Shown in pieces: positions 1 to 7,898 of a stretch of 34,255 nucleotides of DNA. Origin of the DNA: a virus; the IMG/VR virus record IMGVR_UViG_3300027863_000011, positions 1-34,255 of that record; one strand, 5' to 3'. The notes under the pieces are model-generated. The model was given only the letters and a program-made list of their open reading frames with translations. It had not been told where the DNA came from and ran no database searches. A program made the translations under genes and the position numbers. The first letter of the stretch is position 1, and each line of letters starts with the position of its first letter.

Positions 1-402
1 AGCCATCTCCCGGATTTTGCTCTCCAGGCTCACGGGCACCAGGTAACCCCCGGCGGGGTCGGAACCCTTGTACAGGTCACGAGACTCGACCACGTTCCTC
101 CCGGCGCGAAGGAAGGCGTAAAAGGCGTCGCGGTACTCCCTGGTTTCGCTCACCCGCACCTCCGGGGCTTCGGGCTCGTTCAGGACCCGCGCCTCCTCGT
201 CCAGCACCGCGCGAGTAGCGGCCTCCACGCGCTCGATAGCCTCAATCTGCTCGCGGAGAGAGCGGGCCTCTTCCTCCATGCGGTCAAAGGTCTCCTTCGC
301 CTCGCCGGAGAATTCACGCCCCTCCTTCTCCAGCCGCTCCAGGTACCCGCGCATCTCGTTAACCAGGTTGGCGTATTTGCGTCGCAGGTCTCTTGCGTCC
401 AT
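1..402 (-). CDS. Major capsid protein (HK97 fold), N-terminal part with coiled-coil delta-like region; continues across the circular junction into 33352..34255
   Basis: Minus-strand ATG at 402, 5-6 nt downstream of GGAGG. My translation is MDARDLRRKYANLVNEMRGYLERLEKEGREFSGEAKETFDRMEEEARSLREQIEAIERVEAATRAVLDEEARVLNEPEAPEVRVSETREYRDAFYAFLRAGRNVVESRDLYKGS. It runs off position 1 and overlaps the start of ORF 33352..34221. It is in frame once the 127-nt overlap is collapsed (1179 nt in total). Confidence 0.85.
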   Translation of the reverse strand, partial: MDARDLRRKYANLVNEMRGYLERLEKEGREFSGEAKETFDRMEEEARSLREQIEAIERVEAATRAVLDEEARVLNEPEAPEVRVSETREYRDAFYAFLRAGRNVVESRDLYKGSDPAGGYLVPVSLESKIREMA

Positions 403-427
403 TTTCATCCTCCTTTCGTTTAATCGT

Positions 428-1840
428 TCAGTAGTTAATCAACAACTCCAGCCTCTTCCTCGCCAGCTCAAGACGCCCCTGCGCCTCGGCTATCGGCCCT
501 TCCGCCCCCTGGCGGGGGGCCGGGAGGAGTTGCCGGAGAGAAGCGATGGTTTTGGTGATGACGTCTATGTCTTCGCCAGTCGGGTCGCCGGAACGGACCC
601 GGCGCACGGCAATTCCCAATCGGTCGGTGTCGATGCCCACTTTCCGCAAGAGAGAACGCAACCCCACCACAGTTTGAGGATATGCGGGCATGGTCACCGG
701 CCCAAGCTCAAAAAGTTGTAGTTCGTGTATCTCCCGCCTGGCCGGAGAGGAACCCCGCGCCGGAATCCACTCGTCCCGGAGAACGGTGAAGCGGAAAGAA
801 CTTCCGCGGACATCTCCCCGCTCCACCAGCTTCACCAGGTCGTGAGCGTAGGAGACATCCGGCAGGTCACATTCGTAATTGAGGCCTTTTTTGCCCTCGG
901 AGAGCCGAAGTGTTCCGTTGGATAGTCTTCCCAGGACGAGATGGTCCTCGTGGTCGCGGCAGCAGACCACATCGAAGCCCTCATACCGCACTGCGCCGGG
1001 AAGGACCCTCTCCACGAAGCCCCCCAGATCTTCGCTCCAGGAGTTGTACGGAATGCCGGGGCTCCCGATGAGGGTACCGGGCCCCCCGTCCTCTCTCCGC
1101 AGAACTCGAAGCTCAGAACTCGGCAAGCTTCGTACCTCATAATCCCCGAAGAAGAGCTCTACCTCCATATCCTCGATGCCCAGGAATTTCTGCTCCTCCT
1201 CACGGTCGGCTATTCGACGCTTCAGCTCAGCGACCGCCATTCTTTTGATTATCGCCAGGTCTTTACAGGATAATTGGATGTCCTCCTGGGTGAGACCGTC
1301 CTCGGCGGGGTCAGCCCAGTCATCAAGCCCGTAATCAGCGGGTTTATCCGGGAAGGTACATTTCAGGGGGCTTTTTGGCCCGCTTCTCGGTGGAATATTC
1401 TCTGCTTTGGGCAGATTACAGGGTTCTTTGAGAGAACCCGCTATCATCTCGCACCGGCGGATGGTTCCTTGGATAGGACCGCACGATTCCGGATCTACCC
1501 GACCCCCATTCACCTGACTAAAATGGCATCGCCAGGCGGCAGCATAGTTACCTTTGAACCCCACGCTGGAATGGGTGCCGTATTTGTTGCGAGGACTAGA
1601 AACGAACCTCGCCTCCATGTCCCGCAGTTCCTCTTCGGAGTAGATAAAATTTCTATCCATCTCTCTTCCCGCCTCCTTCCAAAGGTTCACGCAAACGGCG
1701 AACCGCTGCGCCTCGTCCTCAAACTCGGAGACCATGACTTCGTCTCCCATGCACCTATTGAGGAAATCCTTCTGACTCTCGCCTGGATTGGGTTTGGGCA
1801 GAGGCACCTCCGTCACCCCCTGGAGATGATGCACTCGCAA
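428..1840 (-). CDS. Prohead (head maturation) protease, HK97/S78 family, with an unusually long N-terminal extension of about 230 aa
   Basis: The C-terminal half (LRVLRREDGGPGTLIGSPGIPYNSWSEDLGGFVERVLPGAVRYEGFDVVCCRDHEDHLVLGRLSNGTLRL...GDVRGSSFRF) reads as an HK97-type prohead protease and sits between portal and capsid. The N-terminus carries the phage-typical ESQKDFLNRCM...EFEDEAQRFAVCVNLW motif. The first codon at 1840 is TTG; GTG at 1816 (GTGA overlap with the portal stop) or GTG at 1807 are alternative starts. Confidence 0.85.
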   Translation of the reverse strand: MRVHHLQGVTEVPLPKPNPGESQKDFLNRCMGDEVMVSEFEDEAQRFAVCVNLWKEAGREMDRNFIYSEEELRDMEARFVSSPRNKYGTHSSVGFKGNYAAAWRCHFSQVNGGRVDPESCGPIQGTIRRCEMIAGSLKEPCNLPKAENIPPRSGPKSPLKCTFPDKPADYGLDDWADPAEDGLTQEDIQLSCKDLAIIKRMAVAELKRRIADREEEQKFLGIEDMEVELFFGDYEVRSLPSSELRVLRREDGGPGTLIGSPGIPYNSWSEDLGGFVERVLPGAVRYEGFDVVCCRDHEDHLVLGRLSNGTLRLSEGKKGLNYECDLPDVSYAHDLVKLVERGDVRGSSFRFTVLRDEWIPARGSSPARREIHELQLFELGPVTMPAYPQTVVGLRSLLRKVGIDTDRLGIAVRRVRSGDPTGEDIDVITKTIASLRQLLPAPRQGAEGPIAEAQGRLELARKRLELLINY

Positions 1841-3810
1841 CCTTTGTGAAGCGGGGGGTGGAACACATGGGTATCCACCTCGTGGGAAACCCCCTCAGCC
1901 TCCAGCTTGCTCCCGGCGTTGAGGAAGGTGGTATCGCGGCCCACCGTCTTTCCGTCCATCGCCTTACAAAGTGGGCAGGGGTCATGTCCGGCGGCTACCC
2001 ACCGCAGCACCGTTATCCCCAAGGCCAGGAAGGCGAGGCGGGCTATGTAGTTACCGAAACGGTGCGACTGTTCCATCGCCTCGTCCCCGGGGTAAGTCTC
2101 CTCATACTCGCGGAGACAGGCTTCCACCGCCTCGCTCACATCTCCTCCGGATGCGGCCGCTTCGGCGACCACCGCCTGGACCGCTTTCCTGGTGAGGGCG
2201 GCGTGGCGGCGGGCATGTGAATCGATGTAGTCCACAAGCTGGGGCTCCAGCTGGGAAAGGATATCCTGCTCGGAACCGACCTCCTCCTGTATGGCGGGAA
2301 CCATGGCCTCGAAATATCCACGCAGGGCCGGGGCCATGTTCAATGCCCAGGCTTCCGGGACCTCACCCCGGCAGTAGGTCTCCAACCAAGTGGAAAAACT
2401 CTCCAAACTGCGCCCCTCCAGGTGCTTCTTCACCGCCCGCCGGATATCGTTCACCTCACGCCTGGCGATGCGGGCCAGGGCGTCCTGGAGCACAGGCCGA
2501 TATGCGCGCATGAGCCGCTGGCGGTAGGCCGCCTTCCCTGACCTGCTCTCCAGGACGCGACTCGCCTGGGCGGGGGGCTGCTCCGTCCCCCCCGCTTGAC
2601 CAGCCGGGGTCATGTTCACGGGCATCCAGACGGTATCCCCGCCGGGGAGGGGGTTCCGGTTCTCCAGTTCCCGCACCTCGTTGGGGGTCATGAAACCGGA
2701 GAGGATGGCCCGCGAGTAGGCGTTGTACCGGCTCTCGGTATCCCCCCGGATGAGGGCATCCAGACTGAACTGCGGATAGTATTGCTTCTTGTCCTCTTCC
2801 GTTAAGAGCTTGGACCAGATAGCCTGCTCCCACCGAACACACCAGGATTCCAGGGCGTCGGTGACGTATTCGATGGATTGCATCTCAATGTTGCTGTAGG
2901 TGGCGTGCTCCAGATGCCCGATTTTGTGGAGAGGTACCCGGAACATCCGGGCAATCTCTTCTACTTCGAACTTCCGGGACTCCACGAACTGGGCGTCCTC
3001 AAGGGGCATGGGGATGGTCTTGAAATCCCACCCGGCTTCCAAAATCGCCAACTCAAACTTGCGCTCCACACCCTGATACTTTTTGCGGAACTCCTCGCGA
3101 ACCGCCTCCTTCTCCTCTTCGGTCAGGCGGCGGGGCACGAAGACCACTACCCCCGGCATGGCGTCATTGGCAAAATACCGCCCCCCGAACTCCCGCGTCG
3201 CTAAAGCCAAGCCGATGCTCTCCCGTGCGTACTGAATGACACTCGCACCGCAAATACCGTCAAAGGACAGGCCGGGGATGTGGAGAACATCCTTCCCGTC
3301 AATGTGGACCATGCCTCCGCCGTCCGGCATATAGCCGTAACTCACTTGCAGCCTGCCCAAGCTATCGCGGGCCCCGTAGACGATGACCTTGGTCGGGTCG
3401 AGAAGCCACAACCCGCGTACGTACCCGTCCGGCCCCCAGTCAATGTAGGCGTAGGCGTTCCCGTAAAGCAGGACGCTGGCTTGGGCGGCCTCCCGAAAGG
3501 AGAACGAGGTAGTCACGGGGTTGGGTTGGTGGTGCAGAATGTCATATAGTCGGTGGTCGGTCGCCTTCTCCCTACCCCCATCGGGCAACCGGCGGTAGAG
3601 ATGCAGGGGCAGTTTGGCCAGGTCCTCCGAAAGTACCCGAACACAGGCGTACACCGCGGCCACCGCCAGGGAGGTAGAGGCGGAAACGTACACTCCCGTG
3701 GCGGTCGGCCTCCCGCCTAACGCCTCAACCAACCAAGGCTCCGGATACGCCAGGGTCGAGGTTCGGGTTCGGGCTTCCGGTGCTCTGAAAAGGCGCGTCA
3801 ATATGCCCAT
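1813..3810 (-). CDS. Portal protein (HK97 family) fused to a MuF / SPP1 gp7-like minor head (head morphogenesis) domain
   Basis: 665-aa ORF directly after the terminase. The N-terminal ~410 aa are portal-like (LLYGNAYAYI, FVESRKFEVEEIARMFRVPLHKIG). The C-terminal ~240 aa end in the MuF-type signature WVAAGHDPCPLCKAMDGKTV...FHPPLHKGCECII. Confidence 0.85.
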   Translation of the reverse strand: MGILTRLFRAPEARTRTSTLAYPEPWLVEALGGRPTATGVYVSASTSLAVAAVYACVRVLSEDLAKLPLHLYRRLPDGGREKATDHRLYDILHHQPNPVTTSFSFREAAQASVLLYGNAYAYIDWGPDGYVRGLWLLDPTKVIVYGARDSLGRLQVSYGYMPDGGGMVHIDGKDVLHIPGLSFDGICGASVIQYARESIGLALATREFGGRYFANDAMPGVVVFVPRRLTEEEKEAVREEFRKKYQGVERKFELAILEAGWDFKTIPMPLEDAQFVESRKFEVEEIARMFRVPLHKIGHLEHATYSNIEMQSIEYVTDALESWCVRWEQAIWSKLLTEEDKKQYYPQFSLDALIRGDTESRYNAYSRAILSGFMTPNEVRELENRNPLPGGDTVWMPVNMTPAGQAGGTEQPPAQASRVLESRSGKAAYRQRLMRAYRPVLQDALARIARREVNDIRRAVKKHLEGRSLESFSTWLETYCRGEVPEAWALNMAPALRGYFEAMVPAIQEEVGSEQDILSQLEPQLVDYIDSHARRHAALTRKAVQAVVAEAAASGGDVSEAVEACLREYEETYPGDEAMEQSHRFGNYIARLAFLALGITVLRWVAAGHDPCPLCKAMDGKTVGRDTTFLNAGSKLEAEGVSHEVDTHVFHPPLHKGCECIISRG

Positions 3811-3978
3811 TTAACCCCCTTCAACTTTTTCCGTTCTTGCCTCCGCCCGCGCCCCGGCGATACCCCACGCCACCAGCGCAGAGCCCGTGAGGATTAATGC
3901 CGCGGGCCAGTACACGAACCAAAAGCCAGCGGCGCAGATGAGCACACCGATAACGACAAGCCAATCCCAGACGTCCAT
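3811..3978 (-). CDS. Small membrane protein (55 aa, two predicted TM helices), not in the supplied ORF track
   Basis: My translation is MDVWDWLVVIGVLICAAGFWFVYWPAALILTGSALVAWGIAGARAEARTEKVEGG. Its ATG shares one nt with the TerL stop (TGATG), and its TAA stop abuts the portal ATG at 3810. It exactly fills the gap between two coupled genes. Confidence 0.6.
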   Translation of the reverse strand: MDVWDWLVVIGVLICAAGFWFVYWPAALILTGSALVAWGIAGARAEARTEKVEGG

Positions 3979-5678
3979 CAGAAGACCGTAATCCCTATCC
4001 CTTCGCTGGTATCGATTTCCCGGTACCGCATAGCAAGGGCGAGTGCGGTGACCAAGGCTACTATCCCGTCGATTTTCTCCCGGCTTTTCTCCTTGTCCGG
4101 CTTCAGGTTCCCAGCGGGGTCGGACTTAACCACCAGATTGTCTGCCATCCACCGCAGGACGGGGTGGCCCCCATGTTTGAGTTTCCGCTCCAGGACTAAC
4201 CGGGCCAACTCCTTGGTAGGCTCGGTCATGGTCTTGAACCCGGGCCGCACCTCAATGGCCTCAAAACCTTCCGCCTGAAGGTGCTGCATAAACTCGAAAG
4301 CGTTCCAGGGGTCATACCCGATACGGTAGAACCGGTACCGCCTGGAGAGGGACAAGATGTCCTGCCGGATAGCCGCATAGTCAATGACCTCGCCGGGGGT
4401 GGTCCGGATAAATCCCTGCCGAACCCAGGCGTCATAGGGCACGCGGTCCCGGCGGGACCGCTCCACCGGGGCCGCCTCCGGCACCCAGAAGTAGGGCAGG
4501 ACATACCAGTTCTCGTCCCCCTTCTGGGGCGGGAAGAGGAGCACGAAGGCCGCCAGGTCTATCCGGTTCGCCAGGTCCAGGCCGCCGTAGCACACCAGGC
4601 CCTCCAGCTTCTCCGGCCTCACCAGGCCCGCACTGGCATCCCAGGCCCTGAGGTCGAGGAACCGGGTCTCCTGTTGCACCCATTCGTTGAGATAGTAACG
4701 CCTGAATTTGTTCTGCTCTGCGGGGTTTGCCAGGGCCTTCTCGCACTCCTGCTGGAGAAACTCCGGCTTGATGCTAATCCCATAGTTCGGGTTGGCCTTC
4801 CGCCATGACGCCGGGTCGGTCCAATCATCGCCCTCGTCAATGGTGGCGATGAAAGCGAACCTGGAATCATCTTCCAATACGCCGGACAATACCCGCTCGC
4901 TGTAGTCGTGCTCCTGGCGGCAGACGGTCGGCGTCCCGCCCAGGCCCGCCGTGGTGATGACGAAAGTGAGTGGCTGGCGGCGGGCCCCGGTGGCGGAGGT
5001 AAGCACATCCCATATGCCCCGGTCTTTGTGGGCGTGGAGCTCATCGATGATTAGGCCATGTGGATTAAGGCCGTCCATAGTGTCCTTGTCCGCGCCCAAT
5101 GGCTCGAACTTGGAGGCCGTTTCCAATACGTGGATGTTGTTGGTGTAGATTCCGACGCGTTTCTTAATCGCCGGGCTTCGGCGCGCCATCTCTTTCGCCG
5201 GGTCGAAAGTCAGCTTGGCCTGGTCTCGCTTGGTGGCGGCCACGTATATTTCCGCGCCGGGCTCCCCGTCCGCCAGGAGGAGGTAAAGGGCCAGGCCAGC
5301 AGCCAGAGTGGTCTTTCCGTTCTTCCTGGGCACTTCCACGTAGGCCGTGCGCACCAGGCGGGTACCGTCGTTCCTGCGCCATCCCAGGATGTACCCGAGC
5401 ACGAATTGCTGCCAGGGAGAAAGATTGAACCGTGCTCCGGCCCACTCGCCCTTCACATGGCGAAGGAGGGAAAAGAACCGAAGAGCCTTGTTGACCGTCA
5501 CCGGGTCATACCGGTAGCCCTTGGCGGGGGCGGCCCGAAGGAGACGCAGATGGCGTTCGCAGGCCCGCCAGACTAACTCACACGCCGGAACGGCCCCCTC
5601 AACCACGGAATGAGCATATACAGATACGGGGTCATTGTTCACTTCCGAAAATCTCTTCCCACTCATCGGGCTCTTCAC
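3978..5678 (-). CDS. terL: Terminase large subunit
   Basis: Walker A-like VEVPRKNGKTTLAAGLALYLL, ATPase plus nuclease layout of Terminase_1-type proteins, and position after TerS. The codon at 5678 is GTG; ATG at 5666 is an alternative start. Confidence 0.93.
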   Translation of the reverse strand: MKSPMSGKRFSEVNNDPVSVYAHSVVEGAVPACELVWRACERHLRLLRAAPAKGYRYDPVTVNKALRFFSLLRHVKGEWAGARFNLSPWQQFVLGYILGWRRNDGTRLVRTAYVEVPRKNGKTTLAAGLALYLLLADGEPGAEIYVAATKRDQAKLTFDPAKEMARRSPAIKKRVGIYTNNIHVLETASKFEPLGADKDTMDGLNPHGLIIDELHAHKDRGIWDVLTSATGARRQPLTFVITTAGLGGTPTVCRQEHDYSERVLSGVLEDDSRFAFIATIDEGDDWTDPASWRKANPNYGISIKPEFLQQECEKALANPAEQNKFRRYYLNEWVQQETRFLDLRAWDASAGLVRPEKLEGLVCYGGLDLANRIDLAAFVLLFPPQKGDENWYVLPYFWVPEAAPVERSRRDRVPYDAWVRQGFIRTTPGEVIDYAAIRQDILSLSRRYRFYRIGYDPWNAFEFMQHLQAEGFEAIEVRPGFKTMTEPTKELARLVLERKLKHGGHPVLRWMADNLVVKSDPAGNLKPDKEKSREKIDGIVALVTALALAMRYREIDTSEGIGITVF

Positions 5679-6087
5679 CCCCGGTAACCACTTCCATCTT
5701 TTGGCGGGCCGCCGGGGTCATGCCGAAAGCCTTGAGCAATTCCCGATACTCCTTGAGGAGCTGGGTGTACAGGGTGGCTGCCGGAGAGCGTTTCACCGCC
5801 CCCTTCTTATCCGGCACGGTGAACCCGAAGCTCAACATCTCCTGCTCGGCCCCCTTGAGCAGGCCGTGGAGAACACACAACCTCTCCAGGGCCGGGCGAT
5901 CCAACTCGGAGGCCAGCCCCAGCTCCTCCAGCCGGGCGGCATAGAGCTTCCAGAGCTTCCGCGCCTCCGGCGGGAGGCCACGCGGGGCGGGCCCCACCCT
6001 TGGAGTGGCCCGCGGGAAGTCCTTATCCCGGTCGGGGCGGAGTGTCCCGGACAGTGCTTTCAGGTGTCTCGGCTTCGGTGCGGGCAT
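5632..6087 (-). CDS. terS: Terminase small subunit, P27 family
   Basis: MPAPKPRHLKALSGTLRPDR... N-terminus and ...ALERLCVLHGLLKGAEQEM...FGMTPAARQKM are typical of P27-family small terminases. AGGAGGTGA lies 3 nt upstream of the ATG at 6087. It overlaps the terL start. Confidence 0.8.
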   Translation of the reverse strand: MPAPKPRHLKALSGTLRPDRDKDFPRATPRVGPAPRGLPPEARKLWKLYAARLEELGLASELDRPALERLCVLHGLLKGAEQEMLSFGFTVPDKKGAVKRSPAATLYTQLLKEYRELLKAFGMTPAARQKMEVVTGGEEPDEWEEIFGSEQ

Positions 6088-6167
6088 TAGTCACCTCCTA
6101 TGGGACGCGCCCCGGGGCGTTGCCGCCGCACGAAGAGAGGTCGGCGGCGGTATACTGGCGGGTAACT

Positions 6168-6476
6168 TCATGATTTTGGCCCCATACCCCCCGCTGTGAC
6201 CCGGCTGTGACAGGAATGACACAGGGGGAGTAGGTTCTCCGGGGCATGCGTCCCCCCGTCACGGATAGCCACTATATGGTGTAATTGCTCAGCTCGTCTC
6301 CCACACAGGGCACAGGCCGGGTTGGCCTGAAGGTACTGACGCCGGAGTTTATACCACCGCCGGTCGTAACCCCGCCGGGAGGGAGAGGGCCGGTTGTCTC
6401 TCGCCCGATGTTCCCGGCAGTAGTAGCCCTCCTTCACCGTGCGGGGGCAGCCCGGATACTCACATAGCCTGGACAT
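6168..6476 (-). CDS. HNH endonuclease (packaging-associated)
   Basis: CALCGRRAEQLHHIVAIRDGGTHAPENLLPLCHSCH is a canonical HNH motif with flanking Cys pairs. It sits immediately upstream of terS, as in HK97-like cos phages. Confidence 0.88.
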   Translation of the reverse strand: MSRLCEYPGCPRTVKEGYYCREHRARDNRPSPSRRGYDRRWYKLRRQYLQANPACALCGRRAEQLHHIVAIRDGGTHAPENLLPLCHSCHSRVTAGGMGPKS

Positions 6477-6491
6477 AGAACAAGACCGTTG

Positions 6492-6845
6492 TCATGGTGC
6501 GGGGCCCAACACCCGGACCCGGATTACCGTCCGATAGTCCTCGCCCCGCTCCTTCCTCGTTTTCCTTACGCGCATCTCCTTTACCTGGCGGTCGTTCTCA
6601 TAAACAATGGCCTCAAGCATGTCCAGAACCGAGGCCGCCAGGTTATCCACATCGTTCCGGCAGTTAGTCTCAATCTCCACGGCCACGGGCTTCTCGGTGG
6701 GTGCCCGCAGCCAGGCCCCCCTGACAGCCGAGCGCGCCTCGTGCTGCCACCGCAGGTAGTCTTGGGATGGGATGGTCCTGCCGTTGGGGAGGGTCAACCT
6801 TGAATTCTTCTTGGAGGGAATGCGTCCGGTTATGCATATCTCCAT
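6492..6845 (-). CDS. rusA: RusA-like Holliday junction resolvase
   Basis: IPSKKNSR...DVDNLAASVLDMLEAIVYENDRQV matches the RusA D-x-DN...DD/ND-x-Q pattern. I place the start at the internal ATG 6845 (MEICITGR...) rather than at 6935. Confidence 0.75.
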   Translation of the reverse strand: MEICITGRIPSKKNSRLTLPNGRTIPSQDYLRWQHEARSAVRGAWLRAPTEKPVAVEIETNCRNDVDNLAASVLDMLEAIVYENDRQVKEMRVRKTRKERGEDYRTVIRVRVLGPAP

Positions 6846-7010
6846 GGGCGCCCCCAAACAGGCCGTCCTATGCCTACCCCAAGCGGCCCCCAGGGGGAGC
6901 AGCGGGGCCGGGTTCGGTCGGTTGTGGTTGGGCACAGACGCATGGGCATTGAGGTGCCCGGCCCCGCAAGCACGGACGGCGGGACTATAGAGAAAGGAGG
7001 TGAGACGTGC

Positions 7011-7062
7011 AAAACAGGGGCGGATTTAAGGGGTGGCACGGAAAAGAAAGCCCCGCCGCCCC
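7011..7062 (-). terminator. Candidate GC-rich leader hairpin followed by UGUUUUG in the late-operon 5' leader (possible attenuator/terminator)
   Basis: GGGGCGG (7017-7023) is complementary to CCGCCCC (7056-7062), and GGGG (7030-7033) to CCCC (7051-7054). On the minus-strand RNA the 3' arm is followed by UGUUUUG (complement of 7010-7016). It lies between the promoter at 7094-7122 and the first late gene. Confidence 0.3.
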
Positions 7063-7093
7063 CCTGAGGCGATTTCCACCAGTTTACATTTTT

Positions 7094-7122
7094 ATAATAC
7101 CCACCGAACAATATTATGTCAA
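7094..7122 (-). promoter_or_regulatory. Sigma70-type promoter reading toward the RusA/HNH/terminase (late) operon
   Basis: The minus strand reads TTGACA (7122-7117), a 17-nt spacer, then TATTAT (7099-7094). It lies in a locally AT-rich gap between convergently packed genes. Confidence 0.55.
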
Positions 7123-7150
7123 GTGATAAAACCATCATTATTATATAATT

Positions 7151-7363
7151 CTAATTTCCCCTATTAGGCTGCTCTAACAGTTCGGGCATGATAAATTTCC
7201 CGTTGCGACAGAACCGCCCGTGGAAAAGGCAGGTCGGGCATCCGGGCCCCCGCTCCTTACACCTGACAATCGCCGCCAGGGCGAGGCGCACGAAGCCGGT
7301 AAATACGATGTCCTCCTCCCGGCAGTCGTGGGCCCCGGCGTCTTCGTTCCACGCGCTCCTCAT
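7151..7363 (-). CDS. Small Cys-rich hypothetical protein (70 aa)
   Basis: ATG at 7363 follows GGAGGAAGG with 3-7 nt spacing, depending on which part of the purine run is taken as the SD core. Product: MRSAWNEDAGAHDCREEDIVFTGFVRLALAAIVRCKERGPGCPTCLFHGRFCRNGKFIMPELLEQPNRGN. The upstream part of ORF 7151..7465 looks like non-coding read-through. Confidence 0.45.
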   Translation of the reverse strand: MRSAWNEDAGAHDCREEDIVFTGFVRLALAAIVRCKERGPGCPTCLFHGRFCRNGKFIMPELLEQPNRGN

Positions 7364-7811
7364 CGCCTTCCTCCAGATAGACACGCCGGTATTCCCTGAC
7401 CAGCCTACGCAGAGCGCACCGCAGGAACTTCTTCCCCTGCGGGATTCTGGACAGAGGAACGTCATATATATAGTGAAGATGGACCACCCTCCGCTCTACG
7501 GGCGGCAGGTCGTTCACCAGGCCCTCCAGGGCCCCCAATACTGGGTCATCGAACCGCCCCAGCCACCAATCCGGGGGCCAGTCGCCGGACGAGGCCCCCG
7601 GCCGGGGAACCTGCAGTATGCTACTCGTCCGTAACCAGCTACGCCCGTATAGCCGGTGTAGCCAGGCGTCGATGGTCTTCTCCGGCGCCCAGCCCCTGGC
7701 CCGCCAGTCATCGACGTCGTAAATGGTGGGCATGCCCTTCTTCCCATCCGGGCTTCGGTACCCCAGCCGGGCCACGCCCGCCTCGTGGGGCTTCCCCTGC
7801 CTCGTGCCCAT
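7257..7811 (-). CDS. Putative late-gene transcription regulator (weak sigma-70 region-4-like segment); function uncertain
   Basis: AAAGGAGAAGG lies upstream of the ATG at 7811. The segment LVNDLPPVERRVVHLHYIYDVPLSRIPQGKKFLRCALRRLVREY resembles the LP-x3-R-x-V...Y region-4 pattern. It occupies the position just upstream of the packaging genes where RinA/ArpU-type activators usually sit. The last ~35 codons are Arg/Gly/Pro-rich and overlap the next gene. Confidence 0.35.
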   Translation of the reverse strand: MGTRQGKPHEAGVARLGYRSPDGKKGMPTIYDVDDWRARGWAPEKTIDAWLHRLYGRSWLRTSSILQVPRPGASSGDWPPDWWLGRFDDPVLGALEGLVNDLPPVERRVVHLHYIYDVPLSRIPQGKKFLRCALRRLVREYRRVYLEEGDEERVERRRRGPRLPGGGHRIYRLRAPRPGGDCQV

Positions 7812-7898
7812 AGCCTTCTCCTTTCGCCTCCCCTACTTCGTCAGGTGGAGCTGTGTCAGTTTTTGTTGGCCGCCCCTTTGGCTTGCTCCGCTACCTAT

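Noticed and set aside
6643-6651. Two perfect DnaA-box 9-mers TTATCCACA (6643-6651 and 16661-16669).
   Set aside because: Both lie inside coding regions (rusA and the kinase fusion), far from the iteron/AT-rich origin and from each other. No clustered boxes are present, so the matches are most simply chance or codon-driven.
7007-7126. Plus-strand 39-codon ORF with a textbook SD (AAAGGAGG, 6 nt, GTG) inside the late-operon leader.
   Set aside because: I could identify no plus-strand promoter. The ORF runs through the minus-strand promoter and hairpin, and the peptide has no features. One such SD-like 8-mer is expected by chance in about 68 kb of two-strand sequence. The complementary CCUCC tract may matter on the minus-strand leader instead.
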